A DNA stretch of 63,232 bases, filler included, from Octopus bimaculoides (Eukaryota): NCBI RefSeq assembly GCF_001194135.2. It is 4 parts of 4 records of this genome, joined end to end, with 100 filler letters (N's around TTAATTAATTAA, not from the genome) between each part and the next. Parts side by side here need not be neighbours in the genome. Positions count along the whole stretch, not along the records: positions 44,709 to 63,232 come from NC_068991.1; 3 more parts are not named here. One strand, written 5' to 3'. Under the pieces are notes generated by a model. The model made no database searches and was not told the DNA's origin. It saw only the letters and a program-made list of their open reading frames with translations. This document shows positions 52,132-63,232 of this stretch, piece after piece; position 1 is the first letter of the stretch; each line of letters begins with the position of its first letter. Both the position numbers and the translations under genes were made by a program.

Positions 52132-52399
52132 CGCATGCGCGGTAGCAAGCTTCTTACCACACAGCCACGTCCGCACCCTAGCTATGCCATATATAAAATA
52201 ACCTAATTTTAAGCAACAGTATTATATAAACTCAGACTTTTAATGTTTTACCACACAACTTTATATACATTCATAATCCTAACGAACGCAACAGTGTTTT
52301 CATCGTCAATAGTACATATAATACCAATAGCAACTCATTCGGTTTCAATTTGTCATTCATTTTAAAAATTCCTAATGTTTCAAATAATTCTTTTATCAG

Positions 52400-52603
52400 C
52401 TCCAATAAGTGCTCCACATGTCGCTGAAGTAGATACAACTCTAGGAGGTTATAATATCCCCAAAAATACTGTTGTTTCGTTCATACTAAAAGATGCTCTT
52501 CATGATCCAAACCATTGGGATAATCCGGAGGAATTTTGCCCTGAAAGATGGATTGAAAAAAATGAGATAAAGAAAACTGAGGCTTTTGTTCCTTTCTCAG
52601 CGG
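52400..52603 (+). CDS. P450 exon with GGYNIPKNT, PERW and FVPFSA
   Basis: TTTATCAG acceptor, G|GTAAGT donor, phase 1/1. Confidence 0.95.
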
Positions 52604-52857
52604 GTAAGTAATATGAGACTCTAATGATAAAACAGACATGTGTGCAAAAATAAGCTGTGACTACCTGAAATTTGGAGAGATCTCAATGGCTACATTATCT
52701 AATGTTCTCGTCATCTTAGGAGGTTGGGATGTAATCTTAAAGAAATTAGGCTATTACACGTATCAAATCGAACACCTTATAGAAGCTTCCTTGTTGGTTA
52801 GACATTCGTATAGTTGACCGAATGTATAAAGCACCAATCTAAATACATTTTAATATA

Positions 52858-53230
52858 GGGCAGCGAGCTGGAAAAATCGTTAGAACACTGAGCGAGATGC
52901 TTAACATTTCGTACTTCCTTACGTTCTAAGTTAAAATTCCGCCGTGGTTGACTTTGCCTTTTATCCTCTCGAAATTGATAAAAATAAGTACCAGTTGAGC
53001 ATTGCAGTCAACTTACTTTCATCTCTGAAATTACTGGCCTTGTGCCAAAATCTGAGCCCAATATTTAGTTACATTAAGGCGGCGAGCTGGCGGAATATCG
53101 TTAGCAAGTAGGGCAAGATGCTTAGTGGCATTTCGTCTGTCTCTATGTCCTGAGTTCAAAATTGCGCCGGGATCGACTTTGCTTTTCAACATTTCGGAGT
53201 CGATAAAATAAATACAAGTTGAGTACCGGG
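52858..53230 (+). mobile_element. Two tandem SINE family B copies
   Basis: Heads at ~52858 and ~53078. Confidence 0.8.
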
Positions 53231-54204
53231 NNNNNNNNNNNNNNNNNNNNNNNNNNNNNNNNNNNNNNNNNNNNNNNNNNNNNNNNNNNNNNNNNNNNNN
53301 NNNNNNNNNNNNNNNNNNNNNNNNNNNNNNNNNNNNNNNNNNNNNNNNNNNNNNNNNNNNNNNNNNNNNNNNNNNNNTCGTTGTAATCGACTTACTTCCA
53401 TCCCTGAAATTACTGACCTTTGGAAACTGATACTGTATTAACTGCCAAAAATTTTTATTCATATTTTTTGGCTTTGCCAGGTATCTTAGGAGTTAAATAT
53501 ATAGTATTTAAATTTTCTTCATTTGTGAATTGTTTTAGAAATTATGATAAAATTCTCGAAAAGTCCCAAATGGGGATTGCTGAAAAATAAGCAATAATAA
53601 ACATTTTAGTTTTTTTTTTTTTTAAACTATAGTATCAGATGCGAATGCGTATGAAATATCAATTAATAATATAGATGGGAAATGCAAAAACAAAAAAAGG
53701 AAAACGTTTTCAAAACGGTCGATATTTTTGTAGTTCAGAAATTGCGATTTATGACATAAAATGTCCTCTAGAATTAGCCAGAGCTAATAATGACAAACTT
53801 TAACTGCTAAATATTGCTAAACACACCTCTGCAAATGCAATGTCCATAAGCAATTCACTTTAAATACAACGAACAACTGGCAGTGAGCCTGTTTTTAGCA
53901 GATCCTCAGATGGGGTTTATGGTAGGTAATGGGTTAAGTCTGTCCAATTGACAAAACCTCCTTACAAACTTGCTCTTTTATTCTCTTAAAATAAATTATC
54001 ATTTCGATCAACCGACCTTTACTGATTTATCCTGTCTTATATATTCATGAAACTATTTTAAAAATTACTTCCGAAATACGTAGATGTACTCGCATAGCAT
54101 GTGTTTTGATCTGAGAGTGTGTGCTGCACTCGCCAGTTATGAAATGTTTAGAGTGAAAAGTAAGATCAATGCTACTTAAAATTATCCCAGAGACCTTTTC
54201 TTTT

Positions 54205-54633
54205 ACTTTTCCTTTACACTAGTTTCAGTCTTTGGACAGCGGTCATGCTGGGATACCACCTTGAAGGGTTTAGTCGAAAAACTTGAGCCCAGTACTTTTA
54301 AGTCTGGTACTTATTTTATCATCCCTTTTACCGAAATGCTAAGTTACATGGATTTAAACAAACCAACACTGGTTTTGTCAAGCAGTATGGCGTCAAACAC
54401 GGACACACATACGCATACATACTTGCATGCACGCTCACACACACACACACACACCCGCACATATATATATATATATATATATATATACGCACACACGACG
54501 CACTACCAGTTTCCGTCAACTTCTGGAGCTTTAGATAAAGACAGTTGCTTAATGTGCCATCGAATGGAACTGAACCCGAAACCACATAGCTGCAAAGCAA
54601 ACTTTTTAATCTCAGGGCTATTTCTGCACCTAT
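54205..54633 (-). mobile_element. SINE family A (diverged)
   Basis: Reverse-complement copy. Confidence 0.7.
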
Positions 54634-54728
54634 ATGCATGTATTTTGTCACAAATTATATTTCATTTGATATATTTAAACCATTGTATTGTATCACATGT
54701 AAAGCATAGTGTTTAATTTTAATTATAG

Positions 54729-54907
54729 GTCCAAGAATATGTGCAGGAATGTCATTAACCAATTTTGAAGCCTTCGTAGCTTTTACAAATATCTTACAAA
54801 AATATAAGATGGAAAAACCTGACGAAACACCAATGACAATGGGAGGTATACAAACAGGAATTACTTATATTCCAGTGAGCGATAATATCCGTGTTGTACC
54901 ACTTTGA
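54729..54907 (+). CDS. P450 terminal exon; GPRICAGMSL...NIRVVPL*
   Basis: Completes the heme motif FSAGPRICAG (FxxGxRxCxG); the six exons total 901 nt and stay in frame. Confidence 0.95.
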
Positions 54908-56589
54908 AGTACATCGTTCATATATGTTTGAAGATACCTCTTTAAACTTCACTGGATATACCCGAGGAAGAATATTTTTTTCATCAGCAGCATACTTATT
55001 TCAATGGTATTTCTCCGTTGTACGCAAGTCATACTTGAACGATTATAATACTTTGACGTGCATATTAATATATGTTTGATAATATTTGTGTGTTAATATC
55101 TACAGATGTGCCTCATAATATCTAGATAATAGAAATAGACGGACCAGTAGAAGCATGACAGATATAGTGTCTAACTTTGTCATTTAAGGTCTTGCATTGT
55201 AATTTCCTTTGGTTATATATCATTTATCAATCTATATGTTTTTATAGTCATCTAATCATCTTATAATTGATAGAATGTGAATCGAAAATAATAAATTCGT
55301 TGCAATCATAACTTTAGTTATTGTTTGACTAACACGATAACCAAAATCTCAAATTCTGCATTCAGTAAGATTATGGACTGGTATTTATTTGTAACATATC
55401 TTCGTTGGCATCCATTTTCAGCAACTCTGCCATACGTCGACTACAGAAAGAGGATTTAAAACATGCTTACAAATATGCCGGATGTGCAGAGATATAATCA
55501 ACGATTGCGGAGCAAGAACCAATAGATTAAAACGCTGAATATTTGGCCTACAAAACATAGAATAAATAACGAATACTTCACACAACCCCGAGAGACCACT
55601 ACGTACGGGGAACACAGTAACTCTAAAACATTAACCACAATCCATTCCAATTACCTACTTTAAACTGTGTGCATTGAAATTGAACGTTAACTTATATCTA
55701 CATTAGCCAGCTTTAAGTGTCCTACATAATCTGACCTGATTTCTTCTATACCGATAGACCATTGACAGGGTCCCTTATAGTCGCGAATCATTCAAAAACG
55801 CTTGCTATTCTACAGTACTTGTTACATCTTAGAGTCAACAATAAATTGAAGAGGCTAGAGTTATTTTGTGCGGTAATTTCAGCCTCTTGCTTACCTTTAG
55901 TCAGGGCTCATTTCTTTGTTTTTTCACTTTCATCTTTCCTTACTGTCCTGAGTAGCATCCCACGTTTCTACGCAGTGTCTATCATAAACTGTACTCAAGG
56001 AAAAGAAATATCCCACATTTAGGTCATCAACCCCTGGTGCGGATGGAACTCAAGGTGAGGTGATTTATTTCGCCTCTTCTTAGACAAAGACAACGCATGG
56101 AGTTTTGTCAATGAAACTCTGGAAACAGCGACATCAGTAATTATGTTTTTCTCTATGAAGCCTACAGATATTAATAATGCGGTCGTCTCTGTCTACTACT
56201 CTTTCTTTTCCTAAGCCATTCATTTGCTTCCGGAATGATGACCCCCATACTGTAAATGGAGTTTCTGCTATGTGTCACCAGTCTAATTAATCTCTCACCA
56301 ATCTCAGCGAGGTAAAGCTTCAGGATAACCTAAACGTCACTGAAGATCATCAGATTCTAGAGGTGCAAGCAAACCCACCAGACATGTTGTTGCAGTCCCC
56401 ACTCGTGATTGTGATGTTCACATTTCAAAGACTCAGCTTCCCTGCACCATTTTGTGTGACTCGGTTGGTTATGCACTATTTATACATGTCTCCTCGTCTG
56501 ATTCTTGGTCGTGAAAACCAGACACACTCTCAAACAATCTGCTTTGTTTGATGCAGTACACATACTGCTACAAATTGACCAGGGTCTAC

Positions 56590-56800
56590 CTCTCTCCAGA
56601 TCATTATTTGCTTGGCACTAACACATTTAACTGAATTTACATACAAATTCTGTGGGAAGACAATCAAATATTTTCTTTCATATGAGAACGATTTCAATTT
56701 GTCTAGTGCAAAAGGACAAATAGCTAGAAACACTGCTACAGACATAACTCGGTTTTACAAGAAGAATTGGTACCATAACCGGATTGGAAGAATGTACTAA
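56590..56800 (+). mobile_element. Possible highly decayed R4/Dong-like RT fragment
   Basis: ICLALTHLTE-FTYKFCGKTIKYFLSYENDFNL loosely resembles FCLALxPLS...GKxINHLxYMDDLKL. Confidence 0.35.
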
Positions 56801-56974
56801 GCAACGTGGAATAGAGAAAAATTGATTAAGCGGGCACACATTATTATCGATAAAGAAAAGGAAATAATAGAATTTGAACGTACACAGATTTTTGTATTTA
56901 AAAATCAGGGAGGTAGAGGCTTTATTCAACGAGAAAACTATTAGAAGATATTCACTGTTGGTTACGAATATTTT

Positions 56975-57373
56975 ATATTTGTTTCAGCCATTGAACTGTG
57001 GCTATGCAAAGGCACCACCTACAAAGGTTTAGTCGAAGGGATCGACTCCAGTACTTATGTTTTTCTTCAGGTCTGATACCTATTTTATCTTTTACTGAAC
57101 CGCTAAGTAATAGGCACGTAAAGAAGCCAACGCCAGTTGTCAGGCGGTTGTGGGCGGCTGACAAAACACACACACACACACACACATATACATAAACACA
57201 CACACAATGGTCTTCTGCGTAGTCTCTGTCTGCCAAATTCACTCACAGAGTATTGATTGGCCCGCGGTTATAGTAGAAGACATTTGCCAAAAGTGCCGTG
57301 CAGTAGGACTGAAGTAGAAACCACGTGATTGCAAACCGAGCTGCTTAACCACAAAGCCCTGCCTGCACCTATC
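56975..57373 (-). mobile_element. SINE family A (diverged)
   Basis: Reverse-complement copy. Confidence 0.75.
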
Positions 57374-57820
57374 TAATAAAAAAAATTAAAAACATAATAC
57401 AAATAGCTACAAGCATGAACAAACAAAACAAGAGAAAACAACATTTTCTGTCTTGAAGGAACCTAGTAAAAGGTAAAATAAGAGTTTAATTGGCAGTTGT
57501 GAAGAGAAAGGAAAAACTAGTTAATATGAGAAACTTAAAAACAAAGCTAAAACTAAGACAAAACGATGTCAAGAAAAGCTCACATATGATCAATGACTGA
57601 AAAATTGAACAGAATGAAAATGTAAAGAAAAATAGTGCAAGAATCAATGTGGAAAGGCAAAAGTTTCTATGTATTGCTTATCATCAGTCTTGTCATCAGA
57701 AACAACAAACGCATATATAATAATAATAAATCAGGATGTGTTGATTAGATGAAAACTTAAGCCCGAAGCAATGCAGAAGGAAATACGAAAGTGAAGACAG
57801 AACAGCAGTTGAAGTTTTAC

Positions 57821-57871
57821 TTTCTTCGATGTTTCGAGGTTAGGACCTCTTCATCAGGATATATGAAGAAA
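57821..57871 (-). ncRNA. PLE-associated minimal hammerhead ribozyme core (probably decayed)
   Basis: UUUCUUC-AUAUAUC-CUGAUGA-A-GAGGU(CCUA)ACCUC-GAAA-C-AUC-GAAGAAA. Confidence 0.55.
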
Positions 57872-57975
57872 TGGAATACGGAAGAAACTTACTACCGTTG
57901 TTCAGGCATGTGGGAGAGGGTGGTGACATCTACAGAGTGGTACTGATATAGTAGCCAGTCTGCTTTGCGTGGTGC

Positions 57976-58050
57976 TTGCTTGTCGTTAAACGCTGGTTTC
58001 AACTTATTAATTATGAGAGCTTCATTGATCTGAAGGTTGCCTGTGTTATG
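57976..58050 (-). mobile_element. PLE GIY-YIG C-terminal tail
   Basis: LQINEALIINKLKPAFN (LxIxEALxIxxxKPxLN motif). Confidence 0.65.
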
Positions 58051-58715
58051 CTTAGAAACACAGGACGTAAAACAGGCAACCTTCAAACCGAAGAAGTACA
58101 AGGTAAAACTTCGGCTGTTTTTTTTTTTTTTGCCTTCAACTTAACATTTCACTGTTTCGGCCTTAACAAGGTTTTATCCAGTTTATATCGTACGATGCTT
58201 CATTCAAACTAGAGCATACATTAAGCTCAGAAAATGAAGAGGTCGGGTAGATACAATCACCCACTTTCTTTCTGGTTGCTACATCGTAGCCATGAAAGAG
58301 TACAATATAAGAACGGAACTTTCATACTCTAGAAGTCATACTAGCACAATAACCAAACAAGTTAACGTTATAAACAAAGTTTTTCGACTTGATATTGTTG
58401 TCAAGAGCAAATAATAAAATGGCCTGCCAATCGAAATATGTCCGGACTAATAGCAAGTACTGTCAAAAGAAATGGGGAATTTATACAAATATAAATAGAA
58501 AAATTATTAGAACTCTAGAGTAAAGATTATTTACCAACATAATGTGGCAGTCCTGCTTAGGATGAATGTTACTGTTACTTAGTCCCAGGTATCATCGTCT
58601 CCAGCTGGTTGTCAACGCACTATCTGCGTCCTTATATTTTCGAACAAGAAAGTTTAGTGTCCCCACTCAGCTCTAAAGCAATATCTGTGTACCAATGATT
58701 TCTGGGTTATTTCTC

Positions 58716-59387
58716 TTCATCAGAAAGAAACCTCTGATCTCCAAGAAAAATCAAAAAGTCCGTCTTCGTTTCACTCACGAACATGTCATTTGGACAGAAG
58801 AACAGTGGTCGTAGGTTCACTTTAGCGATGAATCGAAGTTTAATGTGATTGGTTCCGATGGTGGGATGTGCGTCCGACGAAGAGATAGCGAAAGGCTATC
58901 TCGTGCATGTGTGAAGAAGACAGTGAAATATGGAAGAGGCAGTGTAATGGAACGGGAAGTGATCTCTGCTACTGGTCCTGGTTCACATTCGCCTACAAGG
59001 GACTGTCAATGCTGAAATCTATAAGCAGATTCTTAGACAGCATGCTCTTCCACATCTCCGATCCTCGTCAGTTCAATCTCCTATCTTCGTGCAGGTCAAC
59101 GCATCCTGTCACACTGCAAAGAGAGTCAAAGGTTTTTGAGTGATGAAGGGGTTGTTCTCATGGGCTGGCCACCTCAAAGTCCTGATCTCAACTCTATAGA
59201 AAACGTTTGGAAGATTATTGGAGGTGGGGCGCGAAAGAGAAATCAAAAGAACCAAGATGAATTCTGGGAATGATTGAAAACCGAATGGAACGATATTACT
59301 CCATCATTTTGCAAGAAATTACTTTAGTTTTTTGGTAACAGATGCCTGGAGGTCATTGATAGTAAAGTGATGTTCACAAAATATTAA
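58716..59387 (+). mobile_element. Decayed Tc1 (DD34E) transposase
   Basis: RKKPLISKKNQKVRL, HFSDESKFN, VQVNASCH, WPPQSPDLNSIENVW. Confidence 0.92.
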
Positions 59388-59759
59388 TAGTTAGGGTTTC
59401 TTTTTTGTTCTTGTTCCATTTTTAATTGTTTTTCTAAATGACCCTTGACTTTTGGATGTCGCAGTTTGGAAGATTATTTGTTCATCTCCTCATAACTTAC
59501 GAAATAATTTTTCCATTTACTAGGAATTTTCGCACAAGATAGACATTAGATATATCTAAATATGTGTAATGTATATATAATCCTCTATAATAAATATTTC
59601 AATGCACTTGTTCTTACGGACCCTTGCATTATGGCGGCTACAGCATATTTCTGTCTTTAGGTTGTAAAATTGCGAATTAGCCACCCATATTATATATAGA
59701 GAGAGAGAGAAAGAGAGAGAGTGAGAGAGAGAGAGAGAGGGGGAGGGAGGGGGAGATAA

Positions 59760-60639
59760 CGTTTATTCTATAAATAATACAGTTTTTTTTACACTTCTTT
59801 TATTTTTCAAAATTAAGATAAACGATCCTCTTCCAGCTATCTGGTTAACTTGCAAGGCCTCTCTTCAAAAATTCATTTGTCCGTGACGAAAAATACTCCT
59901 CCACTACTATTCTGATCTCATCCACAGAATTCATATTGTTTCCGTCCAAATGATTTTGAAGTCAGCGTAAATAATGATAATCAGATGGGACAAATTCCAA
60001 CGAATATGGTGGGTGGGATATCGTTTTCCATTCCAACATGTTCTAGTCTTTAAAATACCATCCTCGCTGTATGTGGTTGAGCATTATCCTGATGAAAAAA
60101 CACCTTTCGTCGTGAAACCAAAGATGGTCGTTTTTCTTCTAGGGCAGGTATCGATGAATGTTTGAATAACCAAATCCAAGCTCCTCTGCTAGCTCCTCAA
60201 TGGTTACGATGGTATTTTGTTCCACCAGAGTCTACTGGACGTCCTTGTCGAGCTCTACCGATTTTCCAGGACGAGGCTCGTCTTCTAGGTTGTAGTTTTT
60301 GGCTCGGATACCTGGAACCACCGTTGACACTGACTTACGCTTATCGTCTGATCTCCATATACTGCATTAATATTCCTCGCCCTTTCCCTTGCGTTGTTGT
60401 CTTTATTGAACTCAGAAAGCAAAATATGCCGAATATGCTCCTTTGTTACTTCCATTATAGCTTTGAAAAAATAAGTGATAGAATCGAACTGCACTCTTCA
60501 AAACGTGCACTAAGAATAAGGGCAAGGTAAAATTACTACTTGATTTTATAGCAAGTTAATGCAGGTAGTTTTTTTCCGTCCCCACTCCGACTTTTAGCTC
60601 ATGCATTTGAAAAGACCGCATTATTTATGGGATGACCCA

Positions 60640-60642
<3 letters not shown>
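59760..60642 (-). mobile_element. Internally deleted mariner element
   Basis: ATG 60455 MEVTKEHIRHILLSEFNK...QCQRWF; HPPYSLEFVPSDYH; TIR TATTGGGTCATCCCATAAATAATGCGG at the right end. Confidence 0.9.
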
Positions 60643-60718
<76 letters not shown>

Positions 60719-60783
60719 GTTAGTAAACCATAAATCTGAAAGAAAAGCACACTCTAAGTTATAGAGTAAGTAGGCTATTTAGA

Positions 60784-61132
60784 AAAAGATAGTTATGACC
60801 GGTTCAAAGAGTTACCCAGGTTCTCGACCCGGAGAACATCTTAAATTCCTGAACGGAAGACTTCGGATCCTGTTTACACTTCAGGTGAATCCTATTGAAA
60901 ATCTGGAACCCGAAAGCTGACTGAGTGGATTCCGGATCGTGGTCTAAGGGAGACAATCCCTTGCGCTTCACCTTTCTGTGTTCAAAGACTAGCCACGAGC
61001 TCTTTTCTTCCTCTATTTTGAAGATGGGTTATAGGCCACCGGCGATTAGGGCTTAACGAGACGTATATAAAGTTAAGCGCTTTATGAACATGAAACCATG
61101 GGTACCTCTATGAATCGGTCATAACTATTTTT
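60784..61132. mobile_element. MITE with ~34-nt TIRs
   Basis: ATAGTTATGACCGGTTCAAAGAGTTACCCA / TGGGTACCTCTATGAATCGGTCATAACTAT. Confidence 0.8.
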
Positions 61133-61299
61133 AATCTCTCTCTCCCTCTCTTTCTAATGGCAAGATGCAATTAGCTGGTTTACCGACATTCACGGCAAGA
61201 AAAAATGCAAATTCATCCAATTAAACATTAATGACTATTACCAATCAAATAACCCAATTTTATTAAATTAGGCACTAATATTCGCTAGAAAAACAGTAA

Positions 61300-61795
61300 T
61301 ATTACATGGAGGCAAATACTGGACAAGAAAGCATACACCTGATTGCTTCGATATGCCGATGGGCGCAGGTAGTAACCGACTTGGTTGGTATATATCTTCT
61401 ACAAAAATTTAATGAGGAATTCCCTGAATTCGAAGGCGGACAATACCGAGACGACGCCCTTTTCTTAGTAAGGAACACTTCAAATAGAAAGTTAGAAAAT
61501 TACTACATACATTCTTTAAAAACCAAGGACTCTCAATTTCTATTGAAAAAGTTGACATCTCCGTGAATTTCCCCGACGTCAACTTCAGCTGTAATATTTC
61601 AATTTACCAACCTTATCATAATCCTAACGCCAACATAAGATACATGAACGCAAACAGTATCCATCTACGCGATATTATAGAAAAACCGAGAAGAATAAAT
61701 TTGCTATCATCTAACGAAGAAGTATTTAATAAACTGAAAGACTGCTACAACGTACGACTTACGAAGGCAGGATATAAATATGAAATTAAGTAACA
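61300..61795 (+). mobile_element. Penelope-like element RT fragment (second lineage)
   Basis: DLVGIYLL, GQYRDDAL, VNFPDVNF, YQPYHNPN, RRINLLSSNEEVF. Confidence 0.8.
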
Positions 61796-62284
61796 ATAAG
61801 GACTACAAACACTAATAAAAATCATATTAAATATAATTACATAAATAATAATGTTAAGACTAGAAACTTAAATACCTAAACAAACAATTATAACTCCCAA
61901 TACTATTCATAAATATAACAATCATGTTAAACAAACCCATCGTTATAATATTAAAATTAAACTTAAGCATGATGAACGTCACGTCATAGCATAAATAAGA
62001 TTCATAATAAGAATAAAAATTATTATCACCATGTAAATAACCCTAAAAATACTGATAGCATAAAAAAAACTGATAGCGTAACACTATAAAGATAAATAAA
62101 AATAAGACCATATATTTTCCTCCTTATGTGTTATCTCCCCTACACTTTTCACAATTCTGATTTTTTGATTTTCTTTTAAATTATTCAAAAACTCTTTTCG
62201 ATATATCTTTTCTATACCGCTTTATAGATCATTCATAGTTTATAGCAGCGGATAAAGTAAGCAAATACCCCCTCATTTCCATAT

Positions 62285-62489
62285 ACTCTTTTACTTGTTT
62301 CAGCCATTTGACTGTGGCCATGCTGGAGCACCGCCTTTAGTCGAGCAAATCGACCCCAGGACTTATTCTTTGTAAGCCTAGTACTTATTCTATCGGTCTC
62401 TTTTGCCGAACCGCTAAGTTACGGGGACGTAAACACACCAGCATCGGTTGTCAAGCGATGTTGGGGTGGTGGGGACAAACACAGACACA

Positions 62490-62490
<1 letters not shown>
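62285..62490 (-). mobile_element. SINE family A (3' half)
   Basis: Close reverse-complement match to the tail of the 11197 copy. Confidence 0.88.
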
Positions 62491-62561
<71 letters not shown>

Positions 62562-63173
62562 NNNNNNNNNNNNNNNNNNNNNNNNNNNNNNNNNNNNNNN
62601 NNNNNNNNNNNNNNNNNNNNNNNNNNNNNNNNNNNNNNNNNNNNNNNNNNNNNNNNNNNNNNNNNNNNNNNNNNNNTGTTTTATTTATATTCTTGTAAAA
62701 TTAATGTGGGATACAGAATATGGAATATACAATATATAATATAAAAATGGATGGTACTATGAAATAAAGTATTGAATGTCTTATTGAATATATGGAATAT
62801 GTCTTATTGAATAGATGAAATATTGAGTGTTCAATATAAAGGATTAAATATATAAAGGCGAATACATATTTTCTATACCTTGTGGTATTTCATCATGGCC
62901 GGTATCACAGACTTTAACAGACTGTAATAGACTGGCTGGTTTTCTGTCTTTTATACCAATTCCTTTGGACAGCAGCAGTAGGTGTTCTAAAAACAAATTT
63001 GGCATCAATTCTAAAAATAGCCAAACACATACTGCTGCGAGTACTACTAGTTTAACCCCAGGCAGATTCTCGGTGCAACACTCTGCACCTTTGCACCCTT
63101 TGATAACTCGATTTACTGTTAAGGATACGTTACTAACTATAATTCTTCTTGAGATTTAATAACTAGCTACTTT

Positions 63174-63212
<39 letters not shown>

Positions 63213-63232
63213 ATATATATATATATATATAT

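Overview
AT-rich, microsatellite- and SINE-dense animal DNA. The repeat families look like those of octopus; this rests on my recognition of them, not a database search. The window is four assembly pieces joined by 100-nt artificial spacers (44 N + TTAATTAATTAA + 44 N) at 29382, 35596 and 44609, so adjacency across those points is unproven. Three partial spliced genes reconstruct with in-phase GT-AG introns. (1) The last five exons of CCDC81 (+, 2635-11952). (2) Three exons of an intron-containing cadherin (-, 29381-23209) that appears to stop just after its last cadherin repeat, with no transmembrane exon found. (3) The last six exons of a clan-2-like cytochrome P450 (+, 44779-54907). The rest is tRNA-derived SINEs, MITEs/foldbacks, decayed mariner, Tc1, maT and hAT transposases, RTE/CR1/R4-like LINE fragments, Penelope-like element (PLE) fragments and an ORF1-only LINE-like insert. 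The most interesting signals are two type I hammerhead-ribozyme cores. One (28751-28795, +) lies in a ~300-nt non-coding element with a 12-nt target-site duplication (retrozyme-like). The other (57821-57871, -) lies just downstream of a PLE endonuclease tail.
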